A model generated the notes under the pieces. It saw nothing but the letters and a program-made list of their open reading frames with translations. It searched no databases and was not told the origin of the DNA. A program made the translations under genes and the position numbers. A stretch of DNA of 60,600 bases from Malacoraja senta (taxonomy: Eukaryota), in assembly GCA_038087875.1 (NCBI GenBank), contig JAXLNO010000388.1:1-60600 (forward strand), read 5' to 3'. Positions 1 to 12,300 of this stretch are shown in pieces. Position 1 is the stretch's first letter. Every line of letters begins with the position of its first letter.

Positions 1-254
1 CCGAGTGGGAAGACTGGCAGGGATGAGATACCTTGCCTGCTTGAAATACACTTAAGGAAGTAAGGTGCACTTAAACAATGGGACTGATTGTCTTTAACTA
101 TAGGTGCAGTAATAACAATTTAACTCAAGCCATTTGCAGAGCGTTAAGACGTCCTCTTATTCTTTAACCCTTTCTAAACCAAAACCTCTCTTCCCTAGCT
201 TTTAACACAGCATCCTCTCTTACAAGTGTTAATTTAGAGGCCACTAATAACAGT

Positions 255-459
255 AGACAGAAAAATGCTGGAGTAACTCAGCGGGACAGGCAGCATCTCT
301 GGAGAGAAGGAATGGGCGACGTTTCAGATTGAGACCCTTCTTCACCCCCGAAACGTCACCCATTCCTTCTCTCCACAGATGCTGCCTGTCCCGCTGAGTT
401 ACTCCAGCATTTTGTGTCTATCTTCGGTTTCAACCAGCATCTGCAGTTCCTTCCTACAC
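255..459. mobile_element. Inverted pair of Penelope-like terminal-repeat (pLTR) fragments
   Basis: TGCTGGAGTAACTCAGCGGGACAGGCAGCATCT...GACGTTTC is followed by its reverse complement GAAACGTCACCCATTCC...TTACTCCAGCA. The same repeat follows the GIY-YIG remnants elsewhere in the window. Confidence 0.75.
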
Positions 460-540
460 ATATATTTCAATGGTGGGTGTTAAATGTTCAGGAGGGAGTG
501 CGAGGGAGAGCTGAGTTAATACGTAGCTGCAACTGCAGTG

Positions 541-838
541 TTTAGTTTAGTTTAGAGAAGCAGCATGGAAACAGGCCCTTCGGCCCACCGAGTCCATGCG
601 ACCATCGATCACCCGTTTACACTAGTTCTATGTTATCCCACTTTCTCATCCACTCCCTACACACCAGGGGGCAATTTACAGAGGGCCGATTAAGCTACAA
701 ACCCGCACGTCTTTGGGATGTGGCAGGAAACCGGAGCGCCCGGAAAAAACCCACGCAGGTCGCAGGGACAGACAACACCCGAGGACAGGATCGAACCCGG
801 GCCTCTGGCGCTGTGAGGCATCAGCTCTACCCGCTGCA
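541..838 (-). mobile_element. HE1-like V-SINE (subfamily with TAGAACTAGTG region), internally deleted
   Basis: (TTTAG)n tail, CR1-type tail AAACAGGCCCTTCGGCCC, V-domain remnant, B-box reverse complement GGATCGAACCC. Confidence 0.8.
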
Positions 839-921
839 TCGACGACTGATTCAAAGTTTCCACAGGCATAGGAGGTGTCAACAAGAAAGATGGAGAGGGT
901 CATGGTGACACTGAGGCCTCG

Positions 922-1252
922 AAGACAGACACAAAATGCTGGAGTAACTCAGCGGGACAGGCAGCATCTCTGGAGAGAAGGAATGGGTGACATTTCAGGT
1001 CGAGACTCTTCTTCAGGCTGTGTCAGGGGAGAGGGAGACTAGAGATATGGAAGGGTAAGGTGTGAAAACAGGAGATTAAAGGGGAGATCTGAAGAAGGGT
1101 CTCGACGCAAAACATCACCCATTCCTTCTCTCCAGAGACGCTGCCTGTCCCACTGAGTTACTCCAGCATTTTGTGTCTATCTTCTGAATAATTGCAAGAT
1201 TTGCAAAGATGTCTATTTTTGGTATAAACCAGCACCTACAGTTCCTTCCTAG
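922..1252. mobile_element. Penelope-like pLTR fragments, inverted arrangement
   Basis: Minus-strand copy at ~922-1085, then a plus-strand copy starting CTGAAGAAGGGTCTCGAC at 1089. Confidence 0.7.
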
Positions 1253-1451
1253 ATACTTTGCATCCTTGCCCACAATGCCATGGCCCAGTATCGCAGACTG
1301 ACAAGTGAACACAGGGTCTGCCTGGAATGAACACAAAACCCCTCGTGATGTAAAAGAAAACAAAATCACTTTACAGCCAGGCCGACTTGCAGAAATCTAA
1401 CACCAATGCTCATCGCAACACGACACAGCAGACAGGTCAGCCAAGTGCTGC

Positions 1452-2078
1452 CCCACACCACTGCATCCCCCCCAACCCCCGCACACCACTGCATTCCACC
1501 CCCAACCCCCGCACACCACTGCATTCCACCCCCACCCCCCCGCACACCACTGCAGCCCCGACACCCCCCGCACACCACTGCATTCCCCCCCCCAAACCCC
1601 GCACACCACTGCATCCCCCCCCAACCCCCGCACACCACTGCATTCCACCCCCACCCCCCACAGCACACCACTGCACCCCCCCACCCCCCCGCACACCACT
1701 GCATCCCTCCCAACCCCTGCACACCACTGCATCCCCCCACCACCCACAGCACACCACTGCAGCCCCGACACCCCCCCCCCCCGCACACCACTGCATCCCC
1801 CCCCAAACCCCGCACACCACTGCATCCCCCCCCAACCCCCGCACACCACTGCATTCCACCCCCACCCCCCACAGCACACCACTGCAGCCCCGACACCCCC
1901 CCGCACACCACTGCATCCCTCCCAACCCCTGCACACCACTGCATCCCCCCACCACCCACAGCACACCACTGCATTCCACCCACACCCCCCCCCCCCTGCA
2001 CACCACTGCATCCCCCCAACCCCTGCACACCACTGCATTCCACCCCCACCCCCACAGCACACCACTGCAGCCCCCCCC
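1452..2078. repeat. C-rich minisatellite, ~30-36 bp unit (GCACACCACTGCATCCCCCCCAACCCCC and variants)
   Basis: About 20 tandem copies of CACACCACTGCA separated by C-runs. Confidence 0.95.
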
Positions 2079-2110
2079 AGGACAGAGTGAATCTGTGAGG
2101 CAGCATCAAC

Positions 2111-2243
2111 ACAGACATGTGCACACACACACACACACACACACATGCACACTAACACACACACACACACACACACACTAACACACTCACGTGCACAGAC
2201 ACACTGACACTCACACTCACACACACACTCACACACAAGCAGA

Positions 2244-2287
<44 letters not shown>

Positions 2288-2622
2288 CACACTAACACAC
2301 TCACGTGCACAGACACACTGACACTCACACTCACACACACACTCACACACAAGCAGACTCACACACACACACACACATGCACACTAACACACTCACGTGC
2401 ACAGACACACTGACACTCACACTCACACATTAACACACTCACACAGACAGAAACATACTGTACACACAGCACACACTCAGACACACACACGGACACACTC
2501 TCTCTCCCGGGGCCAGACACACACACACACATTCTCACACACAGATACATACACATGTATACTCACACTCACACACAGTCGCACATTCACACTCACATAT
2601 ATACTCACACACACACACACAC
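2111..2622. repeat. Compound (CA)n microsatellite with internal higher-order duplication
   Basis: CA-dominated tract; the block ACTAACACACTCACGTGCACAGACACACTGACACTC occurs three times. Confidence 0.95.
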
Positions 2623-2694
2623 TGGGGAGCTGTGAGTGTTGGGGAACAGGCACCCAGCCACACACTCCAGCCCCCACCCCACCACACATCTTAC

Positions 2695-3208
2695 CGTCAG
2701 CATCATCAGAGTGCAGAGAGCAGGAGCTGGCAGCAAGGGTCAGTCTGGTCTGGTCTGGTGTGGTGTGGTGTGGTCTGGGCTGCCCCCTCCCCTCCCGTCA
2801 GTACAATCCACTGGCTGGCTGGTCAACACGGGTCTGGGCTGGCGACTGTCCGGCTCCCAGCGAGATGGCCCTGGCCGTGGGGATGCATGGCGTACAGTGG
2901 CTGGCTGGCTGGGTGGGTGTTAGTGCCAGAGACCCTGCCTCTGCTCCTGACACATCACCAGCCCGACGTGGGCTCTCGTTCACCAAACGCTGTGAACATC
3001 AGCGGATCCGCCGGCCCCGACAGAACAAACAGTAACCTTGATCCACGGCTCGGCTGTACGTACATTCACCGCACATGAACACAGCCTGCCTGCCTGCCTG
3101 CCTGCCTGACTGACTGACTGCCTGCTTGCTTGGGGTTTTTTTTCCTACGGGGACTGCAGCAGTTGCTAAGATACTATTGGCGTTGCGAATGGAAATAGGT
3201 CAGTAAAA
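2695..3208 (-). other. Probable 5'-UTR/first (or second) exon of an unidentified host gene, possibly ending in codons M-M-L-T (2695-2706)
   Basis: Unique, CpG-richer sequence. Donor CTGACG|GTAAGA at 2695/2694. (CT)n tract ending CCAG at 3209 on the minus strand could be an acceptor. ATGATGCTGACG lies directly before the donor with an in-frame TGA 36 nt upstream. Confidence 0.55.
3162..3180. promoter_or_regulatory. RFX X-box-like motif adjacent to a CCAAT box
   Basis: GTTGCTAAGATAC (3162-3174) resembles the imperfect palindrome GTTGCCATGGC/ATAC; ATTGG at 3176-3180. Confidence 0.45.
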
Positions 3209-3346
3209 CTGGAGAGAGACAGAGAAGAGAGAGAGAGAGAGAGACTGTAGCATATCAAGCATTCACCGAGCTTAACCCCCCCAATATTCATTGCCAACAT
3301 AGTGCAGTCTGTTTATTGAACTTTGCACCAAGCCCCACCACAAACC

Positions 3347-4045
3347 AACACACACACACACACACACAGCTCCCCCCCTCCCACACACACACAGATACAC
3401 ACACACACACACACACAGATACACACACACAGATACACACACACAGACACACACACACAGATACACACACACACAGATACACACACACAGATACACACAC
3501 ACACACACACACAGATACACACAGCGCCCCCCCACCCACACACACACAGATACACACACACACACACAGATACACACACACAGATACACAAATACACACA
3601 CACACACAGATACACACACACAGATACACACACACAGATACACACACACACACAGATACACACACACACACACAGATACACACACACACACACACACACA
3701 GATACACACACACAGATACACACACACACAAATACACTCACACACACACAGATACACACACACATCCACACAGCTCCCCCCCACACACACAGATACACAC
3801 ACACACACACACACAGCTCCCCCTCCCACACACACACAGATACACACACACAGATACACACACACACACACACACAGATACACACACACAGATACACACA
3901 CACAGATACACACACACAGATACACACACACACAGATACACACACACACACCCACACACACACACAGCCCCACCCCCACCCACACACACACACAAATACA
4001 CAAATACACACCCATGCAGCCCCCCCCACACCCCCACCCCCACGC
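3347..4045. repeat. (CA)n microsatellite with recurrent CAGATA interruptions
   Basis: Direct inspection. Confidence 0.95.
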
Positions 4046-4283
4046 CCACAAGCCATTACTGATGCTGCTATTTTTGTAATTTTCTTGTGGTTCGACTAAA
4101 TTAAACTGAAGCTGATATTTTCAGCCAGACTTTGCTGGAGGCTGTAACAACAGATGGGGTGGGCTGGGGTGGGGGGGATAACCCAGCAAGAGGTTTTACA
4201 TGGGATACTGCAAGGGAAGTCAATGGGTATATTTTAAGGCGGAGATTGGCAAGATTCATGATCAGTACGGGCGTCAGGGGTTA

Positions 4284-4628
4284 CTTTAGTCTCAGACTGA
4301 GTTCCTCCCACACTGTTGAGTGCATTGAGCAGCAAGCTTTGGCCGTTCTGTTCGGTCATGTGCGACGTCTTCCACCCTCGATAGGTTAGCGTCCCGGCCT
4401 TCCAAATCATTCCGGAATGCTCGCCTCCATGTGGAGTTCTGGTCGGCCTCATATCCTTCTTCCGACAGGTTGCCATGTCATTGCTATCTTAGGTGCAAGT
4501 TCTGGCAACATTCTGAGTACATTTCATCCTGTGTCCCTCTATGTCTTGGCCCAGAGGCTCTGTAGCAGTTTCTCAGTAGATCTCCTCGTTTGTGATGTGG
4601 TCTCTGTAGCTGGTCTTCAGGACCCTGC
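4284..4628 (-). mobile_element. 5'-truncated, degenerate RTE-clade LINE 3' end inserted in a CR1 fragment
   Basis: Minus-strand frames give SYRDHITNEEI, PKIAMTWQPVGRR.GRP and TWRRAFRNDL...AHDR, typical of an RTE ORF C-terminus. Exact 10-bp TSD TCAGGGGTTA at 4274-4283 and 4629-4638. Confidence 0.75.
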
Positions 4629-4766
4629 TCAGGGGTTATGGTGGGTTAATAGGCCCTCTGCAAAAATGTCCCGAGTGCGTTGGATAGAACTAGTGAGAAG
4701 GGGGTGATCGCTGGTCTGCACCGACTCGGTGGGCCGAAGGGCCTGTTCACACAACGCATCTTTGAA

Positions 4767-4898
4767 ATTAGTACGGGTGTGTCTGGGGGTTACGGGGAGA
4801 AGGCAGGAGAATGGGGTTAGGAGGGACAGATAGATCAGCCATGATTGAATGGCGGAGTAGGCTCGATGGGCTGAATGGCCTAATTCTGCTCCTATCAC
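4767..4898 (+). mobile_element. CR1-like LINE 3' end
   Basis: GGGGAGAAGGCAGGAGAATGGGGTT...AGCCATGATTGAATGGCGG...GAATGGCCTAATTCTGCTCCTAT. Confidence 0.8.
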
Positions 4899-5845
4899 TT
4901 ATGAACCTATCACCGGCCACAGGGAGGAGAAGCCATCGCGGTCGAGGTGTCACCGTCTCCCCTGACTCAGCAGAGACAGACACAAAATGTTGGAGTAACT
5001 CAGCGGGACAGGCAGCATCTCTGGAGAGAAGGAATGGGCGACGTCTGAGGAAGGGTCTCGACCCGAAACATCACCCATCCCTTCTCTCCCACTGAGTTAC
5101 TCCAGCTTTTTGTTTCTATCTTCGGTGTAAACCAGCATCTGCAGTTCCTTCCTACACATGTCCTTTGTACCTTTATATCCCTGACCCCACTCCTCTAAAG
5201 ATTTAACAGGTGACAGGTCACAGAAGGTGTCAGCATTAGAGGGTCTTACGTATGAGGAGAGGTTGGGCAAACCTGGAGAAACAAGGAGCAGTTGTGACCG
5301 TCTCAGAGGCTGAAGGTTGACAAAAATGCTGGAGAAACTCAGCGGGTCAGGCAGCATCTATGGAGCGAAGGAATAGGTGACGTTTCGGGTCGAGACCCTT
5401 CTTCAGAATGATGTGGGGGGTGGAAAAAGAAAGGAAGAGGCGGAGACAGCCGGCTTATGGGAGAGCTGGGAAGGGGAGGGGAAGGAGGGAGAAAACAAGG
5501 AGTACCTGAAATTGGAGAAGTCAGAGGCTGATGTATTTTGCCACCCTTGAGGGGTCGAGTGGAGTTGTCTGGGGCCGGTAATTTACAGAATTGTGCGGTA
5601 GATGGCAATTACTGCAGCCAGGGATACATAAAAGCCAATGCCTGCAGGCAATATCTTCCATCAATGCTGATCCGGAAGGCTTGCAATGGGAGGGTCGGGG
5701 GGGGGGGGGGGGGGGAAGGATGGAGACTTGTTGGGACTGGTAACAGATTTACTGGAGTGAACAAAATCAATGCAGTTGTTGCAGACAGAAAGAAGGCTCG
5801 CGTCTTCACCGTGTCCGCAAGGCCTGGGCACCGTGTTTAGTTTAG

Positions 5846-6062
5846 ATAGACACAGAATGCTGGAGTAACTCAGCGGGACAGGCAGCATCTCCGGAGAGAA
5901 GGAATGGGCGACGTTTCGGGTCGAGACCCTTCTTCAGACCCTTCGCCTCGACCTGAAACGTCACCCATTCCTTCTCTCCGGAGATGCTGCCTGTCCCGCT
6001 GAGTTACTCCGGCATTCTGTGTCCATCTTCGATTTGAAACCAGCATCTGCAAATCTTTCCTG
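5846..6062. mobile_element. Inverted pair of Penelope-like pLTR fragments with a minus-strand hammerhead-like core (5910-5937)
   Basis: Reverse complement reads GGGT-CTGAAGA-A-GGGT-CTCG-ACCC-GAAAC-GTC-GCCC. Confidence 0.7.
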
Positions 6063-6171
6063 CACGCACCGAGTTTAGTTTAGAGTAGACACAGAATGCT
6101 GGAGTAACTCAGCGGGTGAGGCAGCATCTCTGGAGAGATGGAATGGGTGACGTTTCGGGTCGAGACTCTCT

Positions 6172-6470
6172 TTGGTTTAGAGATACATCGTGGAAACAGG
6201 CCCTTCGGCCCACCGAGTCCGCGCTGACCAGCGATCCCCGCACATTAACACTATCCCGCACACACTAGGGACAAATTTACATTTACACCAAGCCAGTTAT
6301 CTACAGACCTGTGCGTCTTTGGAGTGTGCGAGGAAACCGGAGATCTCAGAGAAAACCCACGCAGGTCACGGGGAGAACGTGCAAACTCCGTACAGACAGC
6401 ACCCGTAGTCGGGATGGAACCCGGGTCTCCGGCGCTGTGAGGCAGCAGCTCTACCCGCTGCACCACCCTG
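6172..6470 (-). mobile_element. HE1-like V-SINE, near full length
   Basis: tRNA-like head, V-domain (GAGTTTGCACGTTCTCCCCGTGACCTGCGTGGGTTTT) and CR1-like tail on the minus strand. Confidence 0.85.
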
Positions 6471-6719
6471 TGTTTCACAGTCAAGGGTTTTCTCTGACAA
6501 GTTTTCTCAATTTCGTAATCACAAACTGCAAATATTCTATTTTAATTAAACTGTTGCTGTTATAGGTTGTGACACCAGGAGGACTCTTGTGCTCTCAAAC
6601 ATCCACACAAGTGGTTATCAGTGTCGCATGCACAGGCAATGGAACAATTACATTCTTACTTCCTGCAGCGTTACGGGCCGTAAATACAATAGATATACAT
6701 AATCATCAGGCTCAGAACA

Positions 6720-7760
6720 AGCTCTGGCCCAACTTGCCCACACCCACCAACATGCCCCATCTACACCAGTCCCACCTGCCTACATGTGGCCCATATCCCT
6801 CTAAACCTGTCCTATCCATGTACCTGTCCACAGACACAACAAGCTGGAGTAACTCAGCGGGACAGGCAGCATCTCTGGAGGGAAGGAATGGGTGACATTT
6901 CAGGTCGAGACCCTTCTTGACTCGAAACGTCACCCATTCCTTCTCTCCAGAGATGCTGCCTGTCCCGCTGAGTTTCTCCAGCTTTTTGTGTCTGTCTTCG
7001 GTTTAAACTAGCATCTGCAGTTCCTTCCTACACATGTATCTGTCCAAGTGTCTTTCAAAGGCTGTTATAGTGCCTGCCTCAACTACTTCCCCTGGCAGCT
7101 GGCTCCAAATACCCACCACCCTCTCAGCCCCTCAGGTTCCTCTCTGGAGTGTCAGTCACAGAGCAGGGAAACAGGCCCTTCGGCCCAACTTACCCGTGGC
7201 AACCAAGGCTTGTCCCACCTCCCCGCAGTTGGTCCATATCCCTCTAAACCTATCCTATCCATATACCTAACCAAATGGTGTTTGAAATGTTGTTACAGTC
7301 CCGACCTCAACTACCTCCTTGTAGAGTCACTAGAGACAGGGGTGGAAGCCAAGGCATTGGGTATTTTTCAGGCAGAGACTGATAAATTCTTGATTAGTAG
7401 GAGTGTTAAAAGGTTCATAAGTTCATGTTCATAAGTGATAGGAGCAGAATTAGGCCATTCGGCCCATCAAAGCTACTCCGCCATTCAATCATGGCTGATC
7501 TATCTTTCCCTCTCAACCCCATTCTCCTGCCTTCTTCCCACAACCCCTGACACCTGTATTATTTATCTATCTCTGGCTTAAAAATATCCATTGACTTGGC
7601 CTCCAGGGGCCTTCTGCGGCAAAGGATTCCACAGATTCACCACCCTTACAGTTATGGGGAGAAGGCAGGAGAATGGGGTTGAGAGGGAGAGATAGATCGG
7701 CCATGATTGAAGGTTGGAGTAGACTCGATGGGCCGAATGGCCTCATTCTGCTCCTATGAC
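6720..7760. mobile_element. Cluster of CR1-like 3' fragments interrupted by an inverted Penelope pLTR pair (6832-7033)
   Basis: CCATATCCCTCTAAACCTGTCCTATCCATGTACCTGTC and GGAGCAGAATTAGGCCATTCGGCCC motifs. Confidence 0.7.
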
Positions 7761-8056
7761 CTGCGAGCTTCTGAAGTACGTGTAGAGAGAGTGGGCAACG
7801 AGCCTGTGGAATAATCTGCAAAAACTGTGCTTGAAGAAACGAGGGCCGATCCCACAGATCTCCGACTGTTGCTTCAAACAATTCAAATTAATTTGTATTA
7901 AAAGAATTGCTCAGAAATGATTTGACTTGGCAGTTCTCTGCCTGGGCAGAATAACACACCCATGGCCCGAGGTGGAATTATCAAATAGAGTTGCAAACAA
8001 GTTTTTTTTTTAGTAAATGCAACATTCTTTAGACACCAGGGATCTGCTTGGATTTT

Positions 8057-8367
8057 TTAGTTTAGTTTAGTTTAGAAATACAGCACTGAAACAGGCCCTT
8101 CGGCCCAACGACTCCGCGCTGACCACGATCCCCACACACTAACACTACCCTACACACACTAGGGACAATTTTACATTCACACCAAGCCAATTAACCTACA
8201 AACCTGCACGTCTTTGGAGTGTGGGCGGAAACCGAAGATCTCGGAGAAAACCCACTCGGGGAGAACGTACAAACTCCGTACAGACAGCACCCGTAGTCAG
8301 GATCGAACCCGGATCTCTGGCGCTGCGAGCGCTGTGAGGCAGCAGCTCTACCCGCTGCGCCACCGTG
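8057..8367 (-). mobile_element. HE1-like V-SINE
   Basis: Head (A box TGGCGCAGCGG, B box GGTTCGATCC), V-domain and (CTAAA)n tail. Confidence 0.85.
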
Positions 8368-8929
8368 ACCGCTGTTCTAGTAAATTCCCGCGAGCATCTT
8401 TATACTTTGTTCCTTGCTGGACCCCTTTCAAGTCAAAGCAACTTAAAATTAAGCTGCAAAACTCATTTCACCCCTCTTATATCAGGTGGATTCTTACTTC
8501 CGCTGTTATTTTCTTCAATGCTTAACCATCCTCATTTTTCAGACCATAATAACCATCTTAATATTAATATTGGGAGGAAACCGGAGCAATCCGGTGAAAA
8601 CCGACATGGTCACGGGGAGAAGGTACAAACTCCGTACCGACGGCGCCCATAGTCAGGATGGAACCTGGGTCTCTGGCGCCGTACGGTAGCAACTCTCCCG
8701 CTGTGTCGGCCACCGTCATTGACTGTGCAACCCCCCCCCCCCCCCCTCACTTCTAGACTGAAGCATCAACTGGATTTTGCCCCCAAGGCACATAGAGATA
8801 TGGGGTCACACAACACAGAAACAGGCCCTTCGGCCCAACATGACCATGGTGACCAAGATGCCTCATCTAAGCTAGTCCCATTTACTTGTGTTTGGCCCAT
8901 ATCCCTCCAAACGTCCCGATTAAAATTTA

Positions 8930-9200
8930 CTTTGCATGCCTCGTTGTCAACTTCCCCGAGCTAACAATGATCTTTCCCCCATTTTCCTTGAACTTCGTGT
9001 CCTTTGATCTCTGGTTTTCACACCTTACCCTTCCATATCTCTCATCTCCCTGTCCCCTGACTCTCAGTCTGAAGAAGGGTCTCGACCCGAAAACGTCACC
9101 CATTCCTTCTCTCCATAGATGCTGCCTGTCCCGCTGAGTTACTCCAGCACTTTGTGTTTATCTTCGGTGTAAACCAGCACCTACAGTTCCTTCCGACACA
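8930..9200 (+). mobile_element. Penelope-like 3' region and pLTR
   Basis: CCCCTGACTCTCAGTCTGAAGAAGGGTCTCGACCCGAAAACGTCACCCATTCC. Confidence 0.7.
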
Positions 9201-9716
9201 TCTTAATATTTCAAACCAAAAGAAACACCGTGATATTTCGGAGGAACAAGACGGTGCAGATGCTGGAATCCTGAGCAAAAACCGCAATGCTGGAGGAACT
9301 CTACAAGTTGGCCAGCATCTATCTGGTGGAGGGAATGGACAGACTGAAGAAAGGTCTCGATCCAAAACATCGCCTGTACATTCTCTCCACAGATGCCTCC
9401 TGACCCGCTGAGTTGTAACATTGCTGTCGTCCACAAGTCACGTCTTTAGTGAGTTGTTTACTGGATTAACATTTTCATCACATTATTAATACTCAATATT
9501 GAACCAGGCAGGCGTTCACTTTCTGTCAGGTGCGTACGTACAAATACTGTACCTCCGTGGCAGTTGTGGAGTTGTGCACAAAGTCTGTTTTTATCCAACA
9601 GCAATCTCATGCCATGGGACTTGTAATGAGTCGACAGAGACAACTGCTTACTTGGTTCCTAAGGATTGTAATATTACTTAGAATTGTTCGAATGAGCTAA
9701 AAACGGCTAATCATGA

Positions 9717-10580
9717 CACAGAGTGCTGGAGTAACTCAGCGGGTCAGGCAGCATCTGTGGAGAACATGGATAGGTGACGTTTCACAGAGTGCTGGAGTAA
9801 CTCAGCGGGTCAGGCAGCATCTGTGGAGAACATGGATAGGTGACGTTTCACAGAGTGCTGGAGTAACTCAGCGGGTCAGGCAGCATCTGTGGAGAACATG
9901 GATAGGTGACGTTTCACAGAGTGCTGGAGTAACTCAGCGGGTCAGGCAGCATCTGTGGAGAACATGGATAGGTGACGTTTCACAGAGTGCTGGAGTAACT
10001 CAGCGGGTCACGCAGCATCTGTGGAGCGAAGGAAATGGGCAACCTTTCGGGCCGAAACCCTGAAGGAAATAGGCAACGTTTCGGGCCGAAACCCGGAAGA
10101 GTTTCGGGCCGAAACGTTGCCTATTTCCTTCGCTCCATAGATGCTGCCGGAAAATGGATAGGTGACGTTTCACAGAGTAACGCTGGAGTAACTCAGCGGG
10201 TCAGGCAGCATCTGTGGAGAACATGGATAGGTGACGTTTCACAGAGTAACGCTAGAGTAACTCAGCGGGTCAGGCAGCATCTCTGGAGAACATGGATAGG
10301 TGACGTTTCACAGAGTGCTGGAGTAACTCAGCGGGTCAGGCAGCATCTGTGGAGAACATGGATAGGTGACGTTTCACAGAGTAACACTGGAGTAACTCAG
10401 CGGGTCAGGCAGCATCTGTGGAGAACATGGATAGGTGACGTTTCGGGTTGGGACCCTTCTTCAGACTCCCAAGTCCGAAGAAGGGTCCGGAACTTAAAGG
10501 TCACCTATTCCCATTCTCCAGAGATGCTTCCTGACCCGCTGAGTTACTCCAGCACTCTGTGAAACGTCACCTATCCATGT
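9717..10580. repeat. 66/69-bp tandem array derived from Penelope pLTR, with a palindromic insert (array A)
   Basis: Unit CACAGAGTGCTGGAGTAACTCAGCGGGTCAGGCAGCATCTGTGGAGAACATGGATAGGTGACGTTT repeated about 9 times; insert at ~10026-10150. Confidence 0.9.
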
Positions 10581-10816
10581 TTCTTTTATCTTTTCTAGGT
10601 TTAGGTTTATTGTTGGCAGGTGTGTCACAGAGGTACAGTGACAAGCTTTGTTTCGCATTATTTCCAATCACATCAGACAATACTATACATAAATACAATT
10701 AAGCCAAACTCATGTACAATATATAGAACAGAACGGGAAAAATACAGAATAAAGTTCTCACCGTTGTTGTGCAAAATCATTGGGAATGTAAGAAGGGACA
10801 TTACAGGGTGAAGTTG

Positions 10817-11108
10817 CTTTAGAGACACAGAGCGGTAACAGGCCCTTCGGCCCACTGTGTCCGTGCCGACCGGCGATCCCCATACACTAACACTACCCTA
10901 CACACTAGGAACAATTTACAATTATACCAAGCCAATTAACCTACAAACCCGCACGTCTTTGGAGTGTGTGAGGAAACCGGAGCACCCGGAGAAAACTCAC
11001 GCAGGTCACGGGGAGAACGTGCAAACTCCACACTGACAGCAGCCAGGAGTCAGGATCGAACCCGGGTCTCTGTGGGGGCAGCAGCTCTACCCGCTGCGCC
11101 ACCGTGCC
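10817..11108 (-). mobile_element. HE1-like V-SINE
   Basis: Same head/V-domain/tail structure as other copies. Confidence 0.85.
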
Positions 11109-11340
11109 GGGGAAAGGGTTTGTTCGGAAGCAGATTCCATTTCTTCCCCAAACATTTACCTCGGGCTGCAAGGATGCTGAACCACCCACCAGATGGTGAG
11201 AAAGCTTTTCAATCAAGTTCTTCTCTTGGTAGCCATGTGTGACAACTGGGAAACATGCCCACAGTCAAGGCAGCCAGCAAGTAGGCAGATAGCACAAAAA
11301 CAACAGTGGTACCGGCAAGGAGAATGAATCTGAACAGTTA

Positions 11341-11652
11341 GGGTGGTACGGTGGCGCAGCGGTAGAGTTGCTGCCTTACAGCGCCAGAGACCCAGGTCAA
11401 TCCCGACTACGGGTGCTGTCTGTACGGAGTTTGCACGTTCTCCCCGTGACCTGCGTGGGTTTTCTCCAAGATCTTCGGTTTCCTCCCACACTCCAAAGAC
11501 GTGCAGGTTTGTAGGTTATTTGGCTTGGTGTGATTATAAATTGTCCCTAGTGTGTGTAGGGTGGTGTTAGTGTGCGGGGATCGCTGGTCGGTGCAGACTC
11601 GGTGGGCCGAAGGGCCTGTTTCTGCACTGTATCTCTAAACTAAAAACTAAAC
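11341..11652 (+). mobile_element. HE1-like V-SINE, full length
   Basis: A box TGGCGCAGCGG (11352-11362), V-domain, tail GGGCCGAAGGGCCTGTTTCTGCACTGTATCTCTAAACTAAA. Confidence 0.9.
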
Positions 11653-11729
11653 TTACCGCGACAAAACCTTGCATTAGTGCAGCCCCAGCAAGGTTCACCA
11701 TGCGGATCACGGATTAGGCGATCTCCCGG

Positions 11730-12300
11730 TTCCCCCCTCCCATTCCCACACTGACCTTTCTGTCCTGGGCCTCCCCCACTGTCAGAGTGAGGCCCAACGC
11801 AAAGTGGAGGAACATATTTTGCTTGAAGATGGACACAAAATGCTGGAGTAACTCAGCGGGTCAGGCAGCATCTCTGGAGAGAAGGAATGGGTGACGATTC
11901 GGGTCGAGACCCTTCTTCAGATTCTTCCCCCCTTCATATTTCGCTTGGGCAGTTTACAACCCAGAGGTATGAATATTGATTTCTCTAATTTCAAATAACC
12001 CTTGCATCCCCTCTCTCTCCGCCCCCTCCCCACTAGTCATCCTGCTAGTTTCACTGTTTGTATCCCCTCGTTATCACCTCTTCCACAGCCAACAATGGAC
12101 CATTGTGGGCTCCTTGGCCGTCGGTGCCAGCTCTGATTTGTTCTGTACCATTTCATACCTCTCGTTTCCCTCTCAGTCAGAAGAAGGTTCTCGACCCGAA
12201 ACGTCACCTATTCCTTCTCTCCAGAGATGCTGCCTGAGTTACTCCAGCACTTTGTGTCTATCTTCTGTGTAAACCAGCATCTGCAGTTCCTTCCTACACA
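11730..12300 (+). mobile_element. Penelope-like element 3' end (GIY-YIG tail, 3' region, pLTR) with an inserted inverted pLTR
   Basis: CCCATTCCCACACTGACCTTTCTGTCCTGGGCCTC...GTCAGAGTGAGGCCC matches the end of the endonuclease at 18980-19125. Confidence 0.75.

Noticed and set aside
1366..4099. Long ORFs rich in Cys-Val, His-Thr or Pro-His
   Set aside because: They are translations of the minisatellite and CA repeats and are open in most frames.
9717..10450. CRISPR-like array
   Set aside because: The units are contiguous with no unique spacers, there are no cas genes, and the context is eukaryotic.
9713..10562. ORFs with a 22-aa repeat (SQSAGVTQRVRQHLWRTWIGDV)
   Set aside because: A by-product of the 66-bp unit lacking stops in one frame. 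It is antisense to the pLTR orientation and has no splice or start context.
11341..11420. tRNA genes
   Set aside because: The A/B-box heads continue directly into SINE bodies and tails; they are not standalone tRNAs.
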